Source: Dehalococcoidia bacterium
GTDB taxonomy: Bacteria; Chloroflexota; Dehalococcoidia; Tepidiformales; Tepidiformaceae
Direction of reading: 5' to 3'
Length of the DNA stretch: 32,000 nucleotides
Assembly: GCA_050247055.1 (NCBI GenBank)
Contig: JBFWUX010000003.1
Location: 528,115 to 560,114 of the forward strand
Part shown: positions 7,943-17,792 of the stretch, piece by piece
Position numbering within the stretch: position 1 is the stretch's first letter
Layout: each line of letters starts with the position of its first letter
The notes under the pieces: generated by a model
Databases searched by the model: none
What the model saw: only the letters and a program-made list of their open reading frames with translations
What the model was told of the DNA's origin: nothing
Position numbers and translations under genes: made by a program

Positions 7943-9421
7943 ATGAGTGCTCCGGCGGCACCGGCTTTGCCAGCAGCGGAAGAGCGAGAGTACGACAACT
8001 CTCACAAGTGGCTCGCATTCAGCGCCATCGGCGTTTCCTTCGTGACGATGGTCATGAGTCAGTCGATGGTTTTCGTGGCGCTCTCCGCCATCGCGGACGA
8101 CTTCGGTATCACGCTGCGGGCGGTTTCCTGGGTGGTCATCGCTCAGGCGCTCACCATCAGCGCATTGATGATGCCGATGGGCCGCCTCGCCGACATGGTC
8201 GGCTGGAAACGAATACACCTGCTCGGCCTTGCGCTCTTCGCAATCGGCTGCATCTTCATTGCCGTCTCGCCGGTTTTCTGGATCCTGATTGCCGCCCGAG
8301 TGGTAATGGCCGCCGGGAACGCGATGGGCCAGTCCGTTGGCACAGCCATGGTGGTCTCGGTCTTCCCGCCCGAGGAGCGCGGCATGGCCATCGGCAGCCA
8401 GACCAGTGCCGTCGCCATCGGCGGCGTCTCCGGACCGATCGTTGGCGGACTGGTTCTTCAGGTCCTCCCGTGGGAGGCGCTCTTCCTCATCCTTGTGGTG
8501 CCGATCGTCATCGCGTTCATTGCGGGCTACCTCATCCTCGATGAGAACCGGATGCGCAAGGACCGCGGCAAGGAACGCCTCCCGTTCGACTGGGGCGGGG
8601 CGATCATCTCATCCATCGCCATCAGCCTGCTCGTCATAACCATCAACAATCCGTTGCGATTCGGTTGGACCTCGCCCGCCCAGGCCGGCAGCCTGCTGGC
8701 CGTTGTCCTTCTCGGCGCGGTCTTCGTCTATTGGGAACTCCGCTACGCGAACCCGATGCTCGAACTCCGCCTCTTTCGCGACCGTGTCTTCAGCCTCGCG
8801 GTCCTCACCCGCATGTTCGGGTTCATGGGTACCACTGCCACCCTCTTCATGATGCCGATCTACCTCATCAGCTTTCGCGGAATCGCCGAGGGCGCGGCGG
8901 GCGGCGTCCTCTTCCTCACTTCCCTCGGCATGGGCATTTCGGCCCAGGCCGCCGGCCGCCTCTCCGATCGTTTCGGCCCCCGCCGTTTCACGATGCTTGG
9001 GCTCACGATGGTGCTCATCACCGCGGTGCCAATGTCGTTCCTCGGTCACGACACACCCATCCCGCTCGTCATGTGCCTGTTGCTTGTCGCCGGGCTTGGG
9101 TCCGGGTTCTTCAATGTTCCGAACAACAGCATGATCCTCGGAGCCTCGCCCGCGTCCGCCCTGGGTGTGGTCGCCGCGCTCACGAACCTCACCCGAAACG
9201 TTGGCAACGTTTTCGGCCAGGCGATCGCCTCCGGCGTCGTCGTGGCCGTGATGGTCGCCAAGGGCTTTGACATCCCCCTGGGCGACGTCGGCGACAATCC
9301 CGAGGCAGGCGGTGCTTTCCTCGATGGCTGGCGGATCGCCTTCACCCTTGTCTCCGCCTACGCCGCAATAGGCCTCGCCTGCACGTTCGGCACCAAAGAC
9401 CCAAAGCCAGTTCCGGCCTAG
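7943..9421 (+). CDS. MFS transporter, DHA2 (EmrB/QacA-like, ~14 TMS) drug:H+ antiporter family
   Basis: Multiple hydrophobic helices. MFS motif A-like 'GRLADMVGWKR' and motif C-like 'AIGGVSGPIVGG'. At 492 aa, the length fits the 14-TMS subfamily. Confidence 0.85.
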   Translation: MSAPAAPALPAAEEREYDNSHKWLAFSAIGVSFVTMVMSQSMVFVALSAIADDFGITLRAVSWVVIAQALTISALMMPMGRLADMVGWKRIHLLGLALFAIGCIFIAVSPVFWILIAARVVMAAGNAMGQSVGTAMVVSVFPPEERGMAIGSQTSAVAIGGVSGPIVGGLVLQVLPWEALFLILVVPIVIAFIAGYLILDENRMRKDRGKERLPFDWGGAIISSIAISLLVITINNPLRFGWTSPAQAGSLLAVVLLGAVFVYWELRYANPMLELRLFRDRVFSLAVLTRMFGFMGTTATLFMMPIYLISFRGIAEGAAGGVLFLTSLGMGISAQAAGRLSDRFGPRRFTMLGLTMVLITAVPMSFLGHDTPIPLVMCLLLVAGLGSGFFNVPNNSMILGASPASALGVVAALTNLTRNVGNVFGQAIASGVVVAVMVAKGFDIPLGDVGDNPEAGGAFLDGWRIAFTLVSAYAAIGLACTFGTKDPKPVPA

Positions 9422-9430
9422 TCCTGGGTT

Positions 9431-10534
9431 TCAGGCGAGGACGTTCCCCGCAGCCCGCCGCGCGCGGGTTTCCGCATCCAGCGTTGGGTCTTCGCTCACT
9501 GCCACGATGGTCTTGCCGAAGTTGCCGCCCGCGAGCATTGCCTTGAACGCTTCCGGTGCCCGTTCCAGCCCGTCCCAGATGTCTTCCCGGTACTTCACCA
9601 GGCCCTCGCGAATCCATCCGGCCATCAAATCGAGAAACCGGTCCTGGTAATCCGCGACGAATTGTCCAACTGCGAGGTCCTTGTACTGGACATCCTGCTT
9701 CTCGAATACCGGCCTGCCGGTCGCGCGCCATGCCTCGCGGATGTCCACGCCGTCCGTTCGCCCCATCTGTGAGACCAGCCCGCAGACCGTGATCCGTGAC
9801 TTCCGATTGAGCAACGGCAGCACTGCCTCGAAGACAGCCCCGCCCACGTTTTCGTAGTACACGTCGATACCGTCGGGACACGCCTCTTTCAGGTCATCCG
9901 CGAACGTCGGTGAGACATGGGAAACGCAGGCTTCGAAGCCAAGGACATTGGTTACGAAATCGCACTTCTCTGGTTTCCCGGCGATACCGACCACGCGACA
10001 GCCGAGGATCTTCGCGATCTGCCCAGCCACCTGTCCCACCCCACCCGAGGCGGCGGAAACCACCATCGTGTCGCCGGGTTGCGGATTGCACTGCACCACC
10101 AGTCCGGAATATGCGGTCAGCCCAAGCATTCCCAACACTCCGACGGCGGTCGAAATTGGTGCGTCCGCGGGGTTAAGCCGCCGCGTGAACATGTATCCGA
10201 ATTCCGAGATGCCCTCACCATCGAGCCCGTACCGCTGCCAACCGTTTGTGTTGAACACAAAGTCGCCGGCCTGGTAGCCGTCGAGGTTGCTTTCGATCAC
10301 CTGTGACACCGTCCGGCCGTGGCAGACATCACCGACAGCTTCCGCCCCGCTTCGGCGCCGCCCCCACTGATACGGATCGAGCGAAAGATAGATCGTCCGC
10401 GTGAGCATCTGGTTCTTGCCCGGTGTCGGAATCGGCGATTCGCCCCAGGCGAAGTCCCCATCGGTTGGCCAGCCTTCCGGAGGCCTTCGCGCCAGTGTCC
10501 AGTGCTGGTTCATCCCATCATTCATTCTTCCCAC
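9431..10534 (-). CDS. NADP-dependent oxidoreductase, medium-chain dehydrogenase/reductase superfamily (YncB / alkenal-one reductase-like). Alternative starts are ATG 10525 and ATG 10513.
   Basis: Nucleotide-binding 'VVSAASGGVGQVAGQIAKILG' and the C-terminal 'GKTIV' are typical of the zinc-free MDR enoate/alkenal reductases. Confidence 0.85.
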   Translation of the reverse strand: MGRMNDGMNQHWTLARRPPEGWPTDGDFAWGESPIPTPGKNQMLTRTIYLSLDPYQWGRRRSGAEAVGDVCHGRTVSQVIESNLDGYQAGDFVFNTNGWQRYGLDGEGISEFGYMFTRRLNPADAPISTAVGVLGMLGLTAYSGLVVQCNPQPGDTMVVSAASGGVGQVAGQIAKILGCRVVGIAGKPEKCDFVTNVLGFEACVSHVSPTFADDLKEACPDGIDVYYENVGGAVFEAVLPLLNRKSRITVCGLVSQMGRTDGVDIREAWRATGRPVFEKQDVQYKDLAVGQFVADYQDRFLDLMAGWIREGLVKYREDIWDGLERAPEAFKAMLAGGNFGKTIVAVSEDPTLDAETRARRAAGNVLA

Positions 10535-10693
10535 CAGAGGGCGATCAATGCGCCGAATCGTTATTCGCCGTCAGTCTAACGGTGGTTCGTTCGCATAGCC
10601 GAAATTTCCGGAGGACTCCGACGAAGACTCCGTCTGTCAGTCGCAGATTCGGTCTGCTATGTTCGAAGCCCACTCTTCGTACGAGGATTTCGC

Positions 10694-11884
10694 GTGACCC
10701 AACCTCATGATCGCCTGCTCGCCGGCCTGCGCATCATCGATGCCGGCCAGGTCCTTGCCGGCCCGTTCGTCAGCTCGCTCCTGGCCGATATGGGCGCCGA
10801 CGTCATTCGCGTCGAAATGCCGTCGCTCAAGGGCAACGTCGCCGCTCACACAAATTCGAGCCGGGCGGGCGAACAGCGAAACAAGAAGTCGGTCACCCTC
10901 GACCTCCACCGTCGCGAAGCCGTCCCGGTCATGAAGCGGCTGGTCGCCTCTGCCGATGCCATCGTCGAGAACTTCTCGCCCGGGACGGTTGAACGCTGGG
11001 GTATCGGCCCGGATGACCTCAACGAAGCGAACCCGCGCCTCATCTACGTCCGTATCTCAGGCTTCGGCCAGACCGGCCCCTACCGCGACCGAACTTCGTA
11101 CGACCGTATCGGCCAGGCCATCGGCGGTCTCATCTATGTCACCGGCGAGCCCGATCAGCCGCCCGTTCACCCCGGGTATATGCTCGGAGACTATGTCAGC
11201 GGCACGTTCGGCGCGCTGGCAATCCTTGCCGCCGTCTACCATCGCGACAACGCCAACTGCGATGAGCCCCAGGTCGTCGATCTTTCGCTTTACGAATCGA
11301 TATTCCGTTACTCAGGCCCGATGGCCGCCGAATACAGCCGCGAAGGCATCATTCGTGAGCGCCGCGGCAACGTCCGCTCGTGGTCCATCCCCGGCGAACA
11401 GTTCCTGACGAAGGACGGGCACTGGGTCCTCATCCTCGCCCTCAACCCCCAGATTTTTCAGCGCCTCTGCGACGCCATGGGCATGCCGGATCTCCCGAAG
11501 GACCCGAAGTTCTGCGATCACGAGGCGCGCCTGGCCAACGAAGTCGAACTCCACGAAATGATTCGCCAGTGGGTGAAAGGGTTCGATGCGAAACCGCTTT
11601 ACGAAATCCTGGATACGTGCCGCGTGCCCTACGGACCCGTGAACAGCATCGCCGACATCTTTGCCGATCCGCACTTCGAGGCCCGCGAGGACCTCGTCAC
11701 CATCGACGACCCCCACGTTGGGCCTGTCATCACGCCTGCCCCATACCCGCGCCTCTCTCACGCCCCGGGCCGGGTCTACAACCCCGCGCCAACCATCGGC
11801 GAACACAACGAGGAGGTCTACCGTGGCCTCCTCGGTATGTCCGCCGCGGAAGTTGGAGTTCTCGAAGCAGCCGGCATCATCTAG
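10694..11884 (+). CDS. Family III CoA-transferase (CaiB/BaiF family)
   Basis: N-terminal 'LAGLRIIDAGQVLAGPFVSSLLADMGADVIRVE' and 'ADAIVENFSPGTVERWGIG' are signature regions of family III CoA-transferases. GTG start. Confidence 0.9.
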   Translation: MTQPHDRLLAGLRIIDAGQVLAGPFVSSLLADMGADVIRVEMPSLKGNVAAHTNSSRAGEQRNKKSVTLDLHRREAVPVMKRLVASADAIVENFSPGTVERWGIGPDDLNEANPRLIYVRISGFGQTGPYRDRTSYDRIGQAIGGLIYVTGEPDQPPVHPGYMLGDYVSGTFGALAILAAVYHRDNANCDEPQVVDLSLYESIFRYSGPMAAEYSREGIIRERRGNVRSWSIPGEQFLTKDGHWVLILALNPQIFQRLCDAMGMPDLPKDPKFCDHEARLANEVELHEMIRQWVKGFDAKPLYEILDTCRVPYGPVNSIADIFADPHFEAREDLVTIDDPHVGPVITPAPYPRLSHAPGRVYNPAPTIGEHNEEVYRGLLGMSAAEVGVLEAAGII

Positions 11885-11908
11885 GGATACCGGCCGCGTC
11901 GATCACCG

Positions 11909-12445
11909 CTAGCAGCGCTCAAACGCCGGCAGGTGATTCTCCTGAGAAACCTTCCGCTGCTGCTGCATCACCGCGAGGATGTCCGGCTCCGAAACCGTAG
12001 CCATCAGCCGGTCGTAGAGCGCGACATCTTCTTTCTCCGCCGCGACTCCGGCCGTGCACGCCTCCGCCTTGGTCGCCGGTGCAGTTACCTTCCCAAGGAA
12101 GGGATCGTCGGGGATCGCTATCTCGTACTTCGTGAGCAGCGTCTTCCACGCGTCGATGTGGCTCTGTTCCGAGACAACGATATTGGAGAACGGGGCCACG
12201 TTCCCCAGCTTGTCGATCACCGCCTGGTAGGTGGCGTGCGCCTTGTACTCTTCGTTGATGCTTTCGAGGAGAGCGCTCTTCACCGCATCTGTCGAAGAGC
12301 TAGTCGCCGACGGGGTCGTCGCGGAAGTAGCGGTTGCCGATGGCTGGACATTGCCACCGTCATCGTCATCGTCGCCGCATGCAACCATCCCGAACATCAA
12401 CGCGACCGCGCCGCCGAGCAGCAGGGCAATGTTTCGAATTTTCAC
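11909..12445 (-). CDS. Ferritin-like (DUF2202-like) lipoprotein
   Basis: GTG start at 12445 preceded by AAGGAG. The signal peptide 'KIRNIALLLGGAVALMFGMVAC' has a lipobox-type Cys, followed by an Asp/Ser/Thr-rich linker. 'INEEYKAHATYQAV' and 'SEQSHIDAW' resemble diiron ferritin-like helices. The longer 222-aa ORF was rejected. Confidence 0.7.
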   Translation of the reverse strand: MKIRNIALLLGGAVALMFGMVACGDDDDDGGNVQPSATATSATTPSATSSSTDAVKSALLESINEEYKAHATYQAVIDKLGNVAPFSNIVVSEQSHIDAWKTLLTKYEIAIPDDPFLGKVTAPATKAEACTAGVAAEKEDVALYDRLMATVSEPDILAVMQQQRKVSQENHLPAFERC

Positions 12446-12782
12446 AGCCAGGAACTCCTTTTTAAGTTGTGGCCAGCGCGTTTCCAAAACTTCGCCGGCG
12501 TGTCTTCGAATAGAGCAGCGAGCTGTCATCCTGCGGCGAGATTCGAGCCAGCGCCCTGCAATCCACCGTAGAGCCACAACTCACACGAAACGCGGTCCGG
12601 TAGGCCATCGAACTGGCGACCATTTGGGCCAGGACTGGCCCCGGTGAAGGCCGTTGCCGAATCCCTTTACGGATTGCGCACGTTCGGCCCACGTTGCGCG
12701 GCCACCTGGCCGTTCGCGCGGTTTGGTCCGGGGTATAGCCTTGATGCGGATTTTCGAAGGCCTTTCTGAAGGAGGAACCACC

Positions 12783-13361
12783 ATGGCCGTCTACAAGCTC
12801 ACCGCCTATCCCAGGCAGATTGCCCTGTCATCGGGGACGAGCGTCGCCGTTCGGCCCATGGTTCGCGATGATGCCGACGCCCTGCGCACCTTCTTCCTCA
12901 CCATCCCCGATAACGAGCGTTACTTTCTCAAGGACGACGTGGCCTCTGAAACCGTCATCAACCGCTGGGCCGAAGACCTGGATTACGACCGGGCACTGCC
13001 ACTTCTGGCCCTCGACGGTGACCGCATCTGCGCGGACGGTTTGCTCATTCGCCACCGCGGCGACGCTCGCAGCCACTACGCCGAGATCCGCATCGTCGTT
13101 GACCCGGCATATCGCGAACGCGGCCTTGGCACTGCGCTCATGCGCGAGCTCATCGACATCGCCTGGGATGCCGAAATCGAATCCGTCCAGGGCGAATTCA
13201 TCCGCGGCATCCAGGACGAAGCGCTCGAAGCCGTCAAAGCCCTCGGCGGTCTCGAATGCGCCACCATCAGCGATGCCGTCAGAGACCAGCAGAACACCCC
13301 GCACGACATCGTCATCCTGCGCATCCCGCTGGGCCGTTACTGGCAGTGGAGCCGGTTCTAG
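12783..13361 (+). CDS. GNAT family N-acetyltransferase
   Basis: ATG 12783 follows GAAGGAGGA. Acetyl-CoA-binding motif A is 'RIVVDPAYRERGLGTALMRELI'. Confidence 0.75.
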   Translation: MAVYKLTAYPRQIALSSGTSVAVRPMVRDDADALRTFFLTIPDNERYFLKDDVASETVINRWAEDLDYDRALPLLALDGDRICADGLLIRHRGDARSHYAEIRIVVDPAYRERGLGTALMRELIDIAWDAEIESVQGEFIRGIQDEALEAVKALGGLECATISDAVRDQQNTPHDIVILRIPLGRYWQWSRF

Positions 13362-13518
13362 ACGCGCTCGATGCGAGGTGCCGCTCGGCTTGAGCGCCGC
13401 CGCTGCGGTTGTTCCGCCCATTTGGTCAAGAATCTGCCACCGTTCGTCCGCTGTTTGAGGTTTCGGTGGGCCCCAAAGTTAGGGCGCGTCCGGTCTTCCG
13501 GTCGGTTGAGGATTGCCC

Positions 13519-14719
13519 ATGACGTCGCTGGCTCCCGCACAAACCATCGATCTCAGCGTCGAGTTGGAACGGCGCGGCGTGTCTCGTCGAAGTTTCCTGA
13601 AATTCTGCGCGACGATGGCCGGGGTCCTTGCGCTGCCACCGAGATACGCTCACCTGATCGCTGCCTCGCTGCAGAGTTCGTCGCGAGTTCCCGTCATCTG
13701 GCTAAACGGTCAGGACTGCGCGGGAAACACCGAAGCCCTCCTTCGAGCGAACAAGCCGACAGTGGCCGAGGTCATCCTCGATACCCTCTCCCTTGACTAC
13801 CAAGAAGTGCTGATGGCGGCGGCCGGCAAGCAGGCCGAGGAGGCGCGTGCCGCGACGATGGCCGCCTTCCCGAACGGGTACATCGCCGTCGTGGAAGGCT
13901 CTATCCCGCTCGCCGACGGCGGGGTGTACTGCACCATCGGCGGACGAGCGTTCGCCGAAATCGTGCGGGAAGTGTGCGCGGGCGCGCTTGGGGTCATTGC
14001 TGTCGGCAGCTGTGCCTTCGATGGCGGCATCCCTGCGGCGCGAGGTGGGATAACCGGGGCTGTCGGCGTCTCCGCGTTCGTCAAAGACAAGAAGATTATC
14101 AACCTCTCCGGCTGCCCCATGAACCCGGAAAATCTGACCGCAACAATCGTTCAATACCTGACGTTGAAGGAGTTCCCGGCGACGGACGAACTCGGTCGGC
14201 CGCTCTTCGCCTACGGAGACACGGTGCACGAACACTGCGAGTCGCTGGCGCACTATCGTCGCAAAGAGTTGGTTCAGGAATGGGGCGACGAAGGCCATCG
14301 CGCCGGTTGGTGCCTCTACCAGATGGGTTGCAAGGGCCCGGCCACGGTCGCGAACTGTTCGACCGTTCGATTCAACGCCGGCACCAGTTGGCCGGTCGCT
14401 TCTGGGCATGGCTGCGTCGGCTGCACCACCCCGCGATTCTGGGACACCATGGTTCCCTTCTACGAAGAAGGCGGGCCGAAAGCTGTGGCAACGCCTACTG
14501 CGGTTGCGTACCAGACTCCTGTTCCCGGCTCGAGCCCCTCGCCGAGCGACTCCGGCGACGGAGGCGTCGATGGTGGAGATAGCGGCGGTGGCGGTGGGTT
14601 TGGTGGTGCGGAAGTCGCGGGCGTCGCTGTCGGTGCCGCGACACTCGTAGGACTCGGCGGCTTTCTCTACGCGCGCAAGCGACAGGGCGACGCGCCGGGT
14701 CCGGGCGAAGGAGGAGAGC

Positions 14720-14739
<20 letters not shown>
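13519..14739 (+). CDS. [NiFe]-hydrogenase small subunit (group 1 uptake type) with a Tat signal and a C-terminal TM anchor
   Basis: Tat motif 'SRRSFLKF'. Fe-S ligand regions are 'VGSCAFDGG', 'SGCPMNPEN', 'HEHCES', 'GWCLYQMGCKGPATVANC' and 'GHGCVGCTTPRFWD'. The C-terminus has a Gly-rich linker, then 'VAGVAVGAATLVGLGGFLYA' followed by RKRQ. ATG 13519 follows GAGGA; a TTG at 13513 is also in frame. Confidence 0.95.
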
Positions 14740-16426
<1,687 letters not shown>

Positions 16427-16440
16427 GAAGGAGGATATCC

Positions 16441-16719
16441 ATGCCTCGTGGAGGATTTGGAGGAGGAGGATTCGGGCGAGGCGGCCTGGGCGGCCCGCCA
16501 GTTTTTCGCGGCGGCGGCCTTCGGCTCGGGTGCTTCGGTGGCTTATTCGGACCACTGCTCGCTGGGCTCTTCGGGTTCCTGCTCGGGCGCAATGTTTCGG
16601 CAAATCCGCAAACCGCCGGCACAGCAAGAGAGGACGAACTTCGACGTCGCGAGGAGGATGTGCGACGTCGCGAGGAAGCCGTGCGAAGGGCTGAAGAAGA
16701 GCGGGGAAATCGGTCGTGA
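16441..16719 (+). CDS. Small (92 aa) Gly/Phe-rich membrane protein with a charged Arg/Glu heptad-repeat tail. Function unknown.
   Basis: ATG 16441 is preceded by GGAAGGAGGA. 'GGFGGGGFGRGG' is followed by the hydrophobic 'LGCFGGLFGPLLAGLFGFLLG' and then 'RRREEDVRRREEAVRRAEEER'. The stop overlaps the GTG of the next gene (GTGA at 16716-16719). Confidence 0.6.
   Translation: MPRGGFGGGGFGRGGLGGPPVFRGGGLRLGCFGGLFGPLLAGLFGFLLGRNVSANPQTAGTAREDELRRREEDVRRREEAVRRAEEERGNRS
16642..16704 (+). repeat. Three tandem 21-bp units encoding the heptads RRREEDV / RRREEAV / RRAEEER
   Basis: Read directly: cgacgtcgcgaggaggatgtg, cgacgtcgcgaggaagccgtg, cgaagggctgaagaagagcgg. Confidence 0.8.
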
Positions 16720-17204
16720 CAGTGGCTCACGCGCCTCACGTTGTCCTCGGGATCGGCAACATCCTCATGCGAGACGAAGGGCTCGGCGTTCACGCGGCGA
16801 AAGCGCTCACCCACCGCGCAGTGCCATCAGGCGTCCGCATAATCGATGGCGGGACTCTTGGCATTGAATTGCTTCCCGTTATCGAGGACTGCGAGTCGCT
16901 CGTGTTGATTGATGCCGCTCGGTTCGGCGGCGAACCGGGCGAACTCCGGAGCTTTCGGGGAGCCGAGCTTACGGGCAGCTATAGCGGTCACCTTTCTCCT
17001 CATCAGGCAGGTGCATCAGACCTGATCGCCGTCGCGCGCCTCATGGGGGCCCTTCCTGAACGCTGCACGCTGTTCGCTATCGAACCGGCAGAAGTTGGCT
17101 TTGGCCTGGATCTGAGCGCCACGGTCCGAGGAGCGATGCCGCAACTCATCGATGCAATCCTCGCCGAGGTGAGGACGTTCGCGCAGGAGCCGGCGAATGC
17201 ATGA
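16716..17204 (+). CDS. hupD: Hydrogenase maturation endopeptidase (HyaD/HupD/HoxM family)
   Basis: 'VLGIGNILMRDEGLGVHA' and 'LIDAA' with a downstream His ('HLSPHQ') are the family's metal-binding pattern. It is positioned after the large subunit. Confidence 0.9.
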   Translation: MTVAHAPHVVLGIGNILMRDEGLGVHAAKALTHRAVPSGVRIIDGGTLGIELLPVIEDCESLVLIDAARFGGEPGELRSFRGAELTGSYSGHLSPHQAGASDLIAVARLMGALPERCTLFAIEPAEVGFGLDLSATVRGAMPQLIDAILAEVRTFAQEPANA

Positions 17205-17529
17205 ATCGAGCCTGGCAAATGCTATCGCTGCGACGATTCGCTCTCGCGGCTGGGAGGGTCGCAACATTCGCATTCGCGTCGCCGGCGGACACACCGATCT
17301 GGACGCGTTCGAACGCTCGCTGATTACGCACCTTCGAATAAGCGCCCCCGCGCTCGATTCGTGCGCTTTTACTGTGGTGCATGAGCCGCTCTTCCTGACT
17401 TGCAGCAGGTGCGCCTCAACGTTCAGGGGGCTCCCCTCCGCTTCATGTCCCATGTGCGGAGGCCCACCCCTACCCACGCTCGAGCCCGAGGGCATCGAAC
17501 TCGAAGTAGATGACGGGGAGTCCGGTTAA
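17197..17529 (+). CDS. hypA: Hydrogenase nickel-insertion protein HypA
   Basis: N-terminal MHE motif, and a zinc site of 'CSRC' ... 'CPMC'. 110 aa. RBS is CAGGAG. Confidence 0.85.
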   Translation: MHESSLANAIAATIRSRGWEGRNIRIRVAGGHTDLDAFERSLITHLRISAPALDSCAFTVVHEPLFLTCSRCASTFRGLPSASCPMCGGPPLPTLEPEGIELEVDDGESG

Positions 17530-17792
17530 TGTGCCTCACGACTCCCGCCACCGTCGTTCGCACCGTCGAACGTGGAGGAATCTGCGTTGTCACCGTGCTC
17601 TGGCCCGGAGAAGGCGAGCGCGACTGCATCACCTATGTCGACGGTGTGCAACCTGGCGAGCGTGTACGCGTTGCAGGCGGCGCCATCATCGAACGCGTCG
17701 CGGACCACGTCGATGACCAGCAGTCACTTACGGACTTGCTTATCGAGGCCTTCGATCAGACTCACGCAAATGGAGGAGGAACCACATCATGA
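17529..17792 (+). CDS. hypC: HypC/HupF family hydrogenase assembly chaperone
   Basis: Starts with MCL (the essential N-terminal Cys). 'PGERVRVAGGAIIERV' sits at the position of the HypC 'GDWVLVHVGFA' segment. TAATG overlap with hypA. Confidence 0.8.
   Translation: MCLTTPATVVRTVERGGICVVTVLWPGEGERDCITYVDGVQPGERVRVAGGAIIERVADHVDDQQSLTDLLIEAFDQTHANGGGTTS

Noticed and set aside
7789-7998. An extended S8 N-terminus starting at TTG 7998
   Set aside because: It has no SD and would overlap the divergent MFS gene start (7943) by 56 bp. ATG 7788 has a strong GGAGGA 4 nt upstream. The extension is kept only as the maximal-ORF alternative.
10554-10567. The palindrome CGAAT-cgtt-ATTCG and the 7-bp direct repeat GACTCCG (x2) in the oxidoreductase/CoA-transferase divergent promoter
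   Set aside because: The arms are only 5-7 bp long, no cognate regulator is adjacent, and such matches are expected by chance. Not reported as a feature.
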